Assembly: GCA_020721905.1 (NCBI GenBank)
Contig: DYLU01000002.1
Span: 11,314-75,313, forward strand
Reading direction: 5' to 3'
Source of the DNA: Leptospira biflexa
GTDB lineage: Bacteria > Spirochaetota > UBA4802 > UB4802
Length of the DNA: 64,000 nucleotides
The position numbers and the translations under genes are program-made. Positions 58,307 through 64,000 of this stretch are shown in pieces. How positions within the stretch are numbered: position 1 is the stretch's first letter; each line of letters starts with the position of its first letter. The notes below the pieces were generated by a model that was not told the DNA's origin, made no database searches, and was given only the letters and a program-made list of their open reading frames with translations.

Positions 58307-59253
58307 TACTCAACCTCTTTCTCATCCAGTGGAGCTCCGCCTGCCAGAAGATAAAAAATAGCCATTCTCACTGCTACCCCATTGGTGACCTGCTCATTTA
58401 TTATTGAATGGGAACTGTCGGCCACTTCACCATCTATTTCAATCCCACGGTTAATTGGTCCAGGATGCATCACAATAACATCTTTCTTACATCGTTTAAG
58501 GCGTTCATTGGTTAATGCAAAACGCTTATGATATTCCCGTATTGAAGGGAAAAATGATCCCTGCTGACGTTCACGTTGTATTCGCAACATATTAATGACA
58601 TTGAGCTTTGGAAGTATTTCATCAAATTCATAATAAATATCAACACCATACATCCTGAATTCATCAGGAACCAGCGTTGGAGGCCCAATCAGGCTGATCT
58701 TTGCTCCCAATCGCTTAAAAATCTCAATATCTGAACGAGCAACACGTGAATGAAGAATATCACCCACTATACCAATGTGCAATCCTTTGATATTGCCCAC
58801 TATATCCATCAGTGAATATGCATCAAGCAGAGCCTGGGTTGGATGGGCATGATTGCCATCCCCTGCATTAATAACAGATGATTTTATATTACGGGATAAA
58901 AAATGCGGCGCTAATGACGCCGCATGACGCATAACAATAAAATCTGCTTTATACGCCTCCAGCGTATGGACAGTATCAATCAGAGATTCTCCTTTGACTA
59001 CGCTTGATGTTTGTACCGCAATATTAATTAAATCTGCTGACAGGCGTTTTGCTGCCAGCTCAAAACTTATGCGCGTGCGCGTTGAGGGCTCATAGAATAA
59101 AAGGCAAACAGTCTTACCCCGTAAAACCGGCACTGTTTTAATTGATCGTGTAAAAAGGGCTTTGAAATATTTTGCAGAATTACATATTAATAAAATTTCT
59201 TCGGTAGTTAATGATTGTATATCCAGTAAGTCTTTTCTTTGTAAACCACTCAT
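58306..59253 (-). CDS. pyrB: aspartate carbamoyltransferase catalytic subunit
   Basis: STRTR, HPTQALLD and HPGPINRG motifs. Confidence 0.93.
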   Translation of the reverse strand: MSGLQRKDLLDIQSLTTEEILLICNSAKYFKALFTRSIKTVPVLRGKTVCLLFYEPSTRTRISFELAAKRLSADLINIAVQTSSVVKGESLIDTVHTLEAYKADFIVMRHAASLAPHFLSRNIKSSVINAGDGNHAHPTQALLDAYSLMDIVGNIKGLHIGIVGDILHSRVARSDIEIFKRLGAKISLIGPPTLVPDEFRMYGVDIYYEFDEILPKLNVINMLRIQRERQQGSFFPSIREYHKRFALTNERLKRCKKDVIVMHPGPINRGIEIDGEVADSSHSIINEQVTNGVAVRMAIFYLLAGGAPLDEKEVE

Positions 59254-59398
59254 ATCCTGTTTTACCTTTTATTAGTTACATATAATCCCAAATAGTTTAA
59301 ATATTTTCAATAATTTTTTTTAATATATTTTTGATTGAACTATTATGTATGTACTGTAGTTTTGTAATCTGAGTTTACATTGTAAAAAAGGAGAACAT

Positions 59399-60052
59399 AT
59401 GAACGACTATACTGCCTTTTATGACCTTGATCATACCATACTTGCATCAAGTTCAGGTACACTCATTGTCAGGGATCTTTACAAAAGGGGTATGATATCA
59501 CTATTACCTCTTATCAATGGCATGTTACTTTCACTGTTATATAAATCAGGTATTATCAATACACAATCACTGATAACAAATTGGGTTAGAAGATTAAAAG
59601 GTATAGAAGCGAAAACCATGGAACAGTTTTCTGAAATTTTTTTTGAAGAGACAGTTAAACATTACATTTATCCTCAGGCTCTTGAATCAATGTATATGCA
59701 TAAAGCTAAAGGAGCATCCATTGTTTTACTTTCTGCATCACTGGATTTCATATGTAAACCTATAGTAAAGCATCTTCACCTTGATGATCTTCTATGTACT
59801 GAAATGGAAGTAAACAATGGTTACTATACCGGTTCAATAAAAGGCAAGTACTGTTGCGGGATAGAAAAACTTAACCGGGCCATACAGTTTTGCACAGCTC
59901 ATAACATCGATATCAAATCTGCATATTACTATGCTGATTCTGTTGCCGATATACCTGTTCTTGAAGCGGTTGGATTCCCTCAATGTGTCAATCCTGATTC
60001 TGCTTTACGGAAAATAGCCCATATAAAAGGCTGGCCTGTGCACAGGTGGTGA
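59399..60052 (+). CDS. HAD-IB family hydrolase (SerB-like subfamily)
   Basis: Motif I FYDLDHTIL, an inserted cap domain, and C-terminal YADSVADIPVL. AAGGAG SD. Confidence 0.75.
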   Translation: MNDYTAFYDLDHTILASSSGTLIVRDLYKRGMISLLPLINGMLLSLLYKSGIINTQSLITNWVRRLKGIEAKTMEQFSEIFFEETVKHYIYPQALESMYMHKAKGASIVLLSASLDFICKPIVKHLHLDDLLCTEMEVNNGYYTGSIKGKYCCGIEKLNRAIQFCTAHNIDIKSAYYYADSVADIPVLEAVGFPQCVNPDSALRKIAHIKGWPVHRW

Positions 60053-60053
60053 T

Positions 60054-61700
60054 TTAATGCTTGAACCTCTGAACAATGGGTATACGCCTTCCAACACCAA
60101 AAGCCTTGGTAGTTACTTTCAATCCAACTGGTGCCTGTTTTCGTTTGTATTCATTTCTGTCGATAGTTCGCAAAACAGAATATACTATGTCAGGATCAAA
60201 TCCATCGTCAATAATCTGTTCTGCACTCATTTTCAATTCAACATACCGTTCAATAATCTGGTCTAATATCTCATATGGGGGAAGTGAGTCCTGATCTTTC
60301 TGATTTTCACGTAATTCTGCAGAGGGAGCCTTTTCAAGTATTGATCCGGGTATTATCTCTTTATCTCTGTTAATATAATAGGATAATGCATACACAAGGG
60401 TCTTAGGCATATCAGAAAGCACCGCCAGGCCCCCAGCCATGTCACCATATAAGGTACAGTAGCCCATTGATAATTCCGATTTATTCCCTGTTGTAAGTAA
60501 CAGCATACCAAATTTGTTGCTGAATGCCATCAATATATTCCCACGTATTCGTGCCTGTATATTCTCTTCTGCAATATCAAACGGCAAGTCTTTAAAGTAG
60601 GGGACTAATTCATGTATATAAGTGTTAAAAAGATTCTTTATTGGAATAGTATGGATTTCTATTCCTAAATTATGTGCCAATTCCACCGAATCATCAACAC
60701 TTCCCCTAGAAGAAAATATAGATGGCATGGTAATCCCCAACACATTCTGGGGACCTAAAGCTTTAACAGCCAGGCATGCTGTCAGTGCCGAATCAATTCC
60801 GCCACTTAACCCTAATACAACTTTTTTAAATCCTGATTTATATACATAATCCCGTATGCCTAAAATGAGTGCTTTTTCAATATCAGCAATGAAGTCCTCT
60901 TCACAGCTTATGTGCATATATTCTTTTTCTGTATCAAACACTATGCAATCTTCTTGAAAATCTTTAGCTTTGAGTATAAAATTCCCTGTTTTATCTATAA
61001 CAAAACTGTTTCCATCAAATATAAGACTATCATTGCCTCCAACCTGATTGACATAGATTACAGGCACCTTATATTTTTTTGCCACATGCTGGATTTTAGT
61101 CCATTTTATGGAATTTTTCCCCTTTACATACGGGGATGCTGAAATATTAACCAGTATATCAGCACCTTTTTTAATACAGTTTTCAATAGGGTCAACAGCA
61201 TAGTGCCTGAACTCCATAAACATATCCTCGCTTTGGCTCATGTCATTCCATATATCTTCACATATGGTAACACCAATATTAGTGCCTTTATAGGTAATGA
61301 TTTCCTGAGATGGTGCAGGTGAAAAGTACCGTAATTCATCAAATACATCATAGGTGGGGAGTAAGGTCTTATAATGCTTTGACTGTAATTTTCCACCATA
61401 CATAAAGGCTGCAGCATTATACAGCATAGGAGGATTGTCATAATTATAATCCACATATCCGCAAATGATACCGCAATCACTGCTCAGAGGAGCTATCGCA
61501 TCCAACGCTCTAAGATTATCATCAATGAGTTTTTTATGCTCCAATAAATCCATAGGAGGGTACCCAATTGTTGCCATCTCAGGGAAAATAACTAAATCTG
61601 CACCCTTTTTTTTTGCAAGAGTAACAAACTGAGAAATCTTATTACAATTTCCCTCAATATCTGCAATGATTGGATTCACCTGAGCTATCGCAATCTTCAT
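60054..61700 (-). CDS. nadE: glutamine-dependent NAD+ synthetase (CN-hydrolase + NAD synthetase domains)
   Basis: Nitrilase-type N-terminal domain (IAIAQVNP..., catalytic ICEDIW) and the PP-loop GLSGGIDSAL. Confidence 0.92.
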   Translation of the reverse strand: MKIAIAQVNPIIADIEGNCNKISQFVTLAKKKGADLVIFPEMATIGYPPMDLLEHKKLIDDNLRALDAIAPLSSDCGIICGYVDYNYDNPPMLYNAAAFMYGGKLQSKHYKTLLPTYDVFDELRYFSPAPSQEIITYKGTNIGVTICEDIWNDMSQSEDMFMEFRHYAVDPIENCIKKGADILVNISASPYVKGKNSIKWTKIQHVAKKYKVPVIYVNQVGGNDSLIFDGNSFVIDKTGNFILKAKDFQEDCIVFDTEKEYMHISCEEDFIADIEKALILGIRDYVYKSGFKKVVLGLSGGIDSALTACLAVKALGPQNVLGITMPSIFSSRGSVDDSVELAHNLGIEIHTIPIKNLFNTYIHELVPYFKDLPFDIAEENIQARIRGNILMAFSNKFGMLLLTTGNKSELSMGYCTLYGDMAGGLAVLSDMPKTLVYALSYYINRDKEIIPGSILEKAPSAELRENQKDQDSLPPYEILDQIIERYVELKMSAEQIIDDGFDPDIVYSVLRTIDRNEYKRKQAPVGLKVTTKAFGVGRRIPIVQRFKH

Positions 61701-61741
61701 AATAATTACCCTTTTATTGTGACCCTTTATAAATATCCATC

Positions 61742-63019
61742 CTAATATTGTCGTATGTTTTTTGTAATGATATGCTGTATAGCGCTGCTTAACATCATTT
61801 TCAAAACCATATCCTGCTCCTTTGTATAAATAACAAACAATTTTTGTAATGAACCTGCATCACATATTCTTTTTAATGAGAAAACAATTGCTGTTTTGAC
61901 ATACAGTTCCTTTTCTTTTGGGTAGTGCTCGAGTAACGGAATCACTACATTTTTACCTTTAAATTGTGATAAGGCCGCTGCTGCTTCAGCGCGCATTCTC
62001 AAATCTTCATCATCTAATGACCCTACAATCAGCGGTACTGTGCGCTCATCACGAATTACTCCCAGGGCATATACTGCATAAATGCGCAGGCTCCTGTTTT
62101 CTTCATTGTTCACAATATGCTGTAATCCACGGATATCACCTGCATTTTTAGCATTTATAAGCGCTTTTATTATCTTACGTTTTATATAGACTTCTCGTTC
62201 AGTTAACAACTGTCGTGATAAATACATGGTACTTTCTTTAGTTAGTAATGCTGACAGAGCATCTACTGCAGCATCCCTCACAAGATCAGAGTAATCTGAT
62301 AATGCACGGACAAAAATATAATACGCTGCCCTATCATGCAATGCTGATAAAACATTTATTGCCTTTACCCGTACTTCCTCATTTTCATCACCCGAGGCAA
62401 TCGAGCGCACATATGGCAAAGCAGCGCTGATATCATTATGAACAACACAATCAAGGGCAAAATACCGTACCGATTTATTGGTATCCTGAAGCAGCCCGAC
62501 AATAATTTCATAAAACCTGTTATCATAGAGATGGTAGAGTGATTCCAATGCATATATTCTGTAGATTACTTCATCACTTCTGGCTAAACGTATAATAAAC
62601 GGGTACATTCTATCATCACCATTCTTTTTTAGAGCCAGTATGACTGATTCCCTTACTGCAAAAAATGGTGACGATAAAAACTCAATTATCACCGGCAATA
62701 CTTTTTTATCATGCATATCAGCAAGTATCTCAATAACCATTTTCTGTACTGTTATTGAATGTACTGAATGCAATATATCCTTAAAAAATTCTATATTGGT
62801 TCTCATTTTACTTTTTTTCAGTATCTGTAATGCCTGTATCTTTTGGTCGTTATCTTTACCTTTAACAATTAACTCTTTTAATTTCAGGATGCATTCATCA
62901 GAAAGGTCAATATGACTAACATCAACATTATGAGCAAATGCATTTATACATTCATTATTTGCAAAACTAAGTGTATAAGCAATAAACACAAAAGTCAGTA
63001 TAATACCTATTTTTTTCAT
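61742..63019 (-). CDS. HEAT/PBS-lyase-type repeat protein with signal peptide
   Basis: MKKIGIILTFVFIAYTLSFA, then about 10 repeats of the type D..VR..A..AL (for example EEVRVKAINVLSAL, DLVRDAAVDALSAL, LRMRAEAAAALSQF). Confidence 0.7.
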   Translation of the reverse strand: MKKIGIILTFVFIAYTLSFANNECINAFAHNVDVSHIDLSDECILKLKELIVKGKDNDQKIQALQILKKSKMRTNIEFFKDILHSVHSITVQKMVIEILADMHDKKVLPVIIEFLSSPFFAVRESVILALKKNGDDRMYPFIIRLARSDEVIYRIYALESLYHLYDNRFYEIIVGLLQDTNKSVRYFALDCVVHNDISAALPYVRSIASGDENEEVRVKAINVLSALHDRAAYYIFVRALSDYSDLVRDAAVDALSALLTKESTMYLSRQLLTEREVYIKRKIIKALINAKNAGDIRGLQHIVNNEENRSLRIYAVYALGVIRDERTVPLIVGSLDDEDLRMRAEAAAALSQFKGKNVVIPLLEHYPKEKELYVKTAIVFSLKRICDAGSLQKLFVIYTKEQDMVLKMMLSSAIQHIITKNIRQY

Positions 63020-63080
63020 GAAAATGACACCACCTGTGTATAGTCAGGTTACAGTAAAATAGTTCAGAATTATAATCAAT

Positions 63081-63106
63081 AAAAAAACCCGACCCCCAGG
63101 GCCGGG
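63081..63106 (-). terminator. rho-independent terminator after the TetR gene
   Basis: On the minus strand: CCCGGCC-ctggg-GGTCGGG (one G-U pair) followed by TTTTTTT. Confidence 0.65.
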
Positions 63107-63134
63107 ATTTAAAGGACATACTATATCAAAAGCA

Positions 63135-63743
63135 CTATTTCAATACACCACTGAAATAATGGGTTACCAGTGAATTAATAACCTCTTTGTCAGTGACATT
63201 CTTTTTCTCCTTATCAAACTGGTATACCAAAAACATTACCGAGCCAATAAGCATAATTGCAGTAATTTCTGCATTCAGCGTTTTTTTGTATAGGCCTTTT
63301 TTCTTTATCTCTTCTATATCCCGTGCAACAATATTAATCAAATGTTTTAAAAACTGGTCAACACGTTCAACTACCTCTTCATCTATGCCCACAATATCTT
63401 TAAATATGAGCTTTATTACTATTGGCTCACTTAGAATAGCTTTGATACATTCAGTTATTCTATCAGTATTGAATTTAATTATATCTTTCTGTGACGGGTT
63501 TTCTTTTAAAAGATCCCTGAGATCATCAGGGTCAAGAATATCATCAATACTTTCTTCAATAGATTCAAGAATTGCATAAAGGATTTCTCTTTTATTACCA
63601 AAATACTGATATACTGTGCCCCGGGCAATATTCAATTCTTCACAGACCTGCCCTATATGGGTGCTCTGGAAACCTTTGTCTATAAACATCTTTTTAGCGA
63701 TATCTACAATTTGTTGTCGCCGTTTTTGTCCTTTTGCTGGCAT
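63135..63743 (-). CDS. TetR-family transcriptional regulator
   Basis: HTH region FIDKGFQSTHIGQVCEELNIARGTVYQYFGNKREIL. Confidence 0.88.
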   Translation of the reverse strand: MPAKGQKRRQQIVDIAKKMFIDKGFQSTHIGQVCEELNIARGTVYQYFGNKREILYAILESIEESIDDILDPDDLRDLLKENPSQKDIIKFNTDRITECIKAILSEPIVIKLIFKDIVGIDEEVVERVDQFLKHLINIVARDIEEIKKKGLYKKTLNAEITAIMLIGSVMFLVYQFDKEKKNVTDKEVINSLVTHYFSGVLK

Positions 63744-63766
63744 TTGTATACCCCTTTAAATAAATT

Positions 63767-63874
63767 CTATTTTATTTCACCTTTTGCACGAAGCAACTCT
63801 TCTTTGATTGGTTGCAAAGCTTCCTGAAGTTCCTTAATCATTCTTTCAGCTTTTTCCTGCAATTCTTTACTCAT
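63767..63874 (-). CDS. candidate 35-aa coiled-coil sORF upstream of the TetR gene
   Basis: My translation is MSKELQEKAERMIKELQEALQPIKEELLRAKGEIK*. It ends 23 nt before the TetR ATG. The only SD is a weak AAGGAA 11 nt upstream. Confidence 0.25.
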   Translation of the reverse strand: MSKELQEKAERMIKELQEALQPIKEELLRAKGEIK

Positions 63875-64000
63875 ATACCATATATTCCTTTATTTTCAAT
63901 AATCATATATGCTTACTATACATATCGTTAACATTTTCATTATTTTATATAAAAAAAGATTTTTTGTTATAAACGTTATACATAGCATACTTTTTTGCGT

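Noticed and set aside
1-64000. tRNA, rRNA, CRISPR arrays, IS elements, integrases, toxin-antitoxin or known defence-system genes
   Set aside because: I found no T-arm-like GGTTCGA(A/T)TCC, no spaced direct-repeat arrays, and no transposase, integrase, nuclease or helicase-type ORFs among the translations. Absence is judged by eye only and should be confirmed with tRNAscan, Infernal and defence-system HMMs.

Overview
This is an AT-rich, densely coded chromosomal segment with about 60 protein genes. The organism looks like a diderm bacterium with anaerobic markers: a class III ribonucleotide reductase, pyruvate phosphate dikinase, lipoproteins and beta-barrel outer-membrane proteins. All calls come from reading motifs in the supplied translations and sequence; no database search was run.

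Most of the content is housekeeping:
- nrdD/nrdG
- the conserved rpmH-rnpA-yidD-yidC-jag-mnmE cluster
- ppdK, leuS, purD, radA, guaB, pyrB-pyrC, nadE and a dsbD-like gene

There is also a large fatty-acid beta-oxidation island at about 22.9-33.4 kb. It holds two TetR genes, a tandem acyl-CoA dehydrogenase pair, a 3-hydroxyacyl-CoA dehydrogenase, a crotonase, an SCP2 protein, an acyl-CoA ligase, a thiolase and a START-like protein. A second acyl-CoA ligase and a dienoyl-CoA reductase sit at 39-43 kb.

I saw no rRNA, tRNA, CRISPR, transposase, integrase, phage or recognisable defence genes, so no classical mobile or defence system can be claimed.

The observations most worth a second look:
1. 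nrdD is interrupted by one in-frame TAA, so the glycyl-radical domain sits in its own 63-aa ORF with its own Shine-Dalgarno.
2. A CsgG/LpoB-like lipoprotein plus small beta-barrel module occurs twice, about 30 kb apart, and both copies share an unusual Trp/Cys-Cys hydrophobic insert.
3. A shared ACTGACATGTCAGT palindrome flanks a TetR gene on both sides and ties two beta-oxidation operons together.
4. The tandem canonical plus degenerate acyl-CoA dehydrogenase pair suggests a heteromeric enzyme.
5. Several genes are translationally coupled in odd pairs: a helicase-less DbpA RNA-binding domain with a Zn-ribbon methyltransferase, a pseudo-receiver OmpR regulator with a GT4 glycosyltransferase, and a PtsN-like EIIA with a ClC channel.

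Many ORF-track entries are antisense shadow ORFs or 5'-over-extended versions of real genes. I re-set several starts using Shine-Dalgarno placement.
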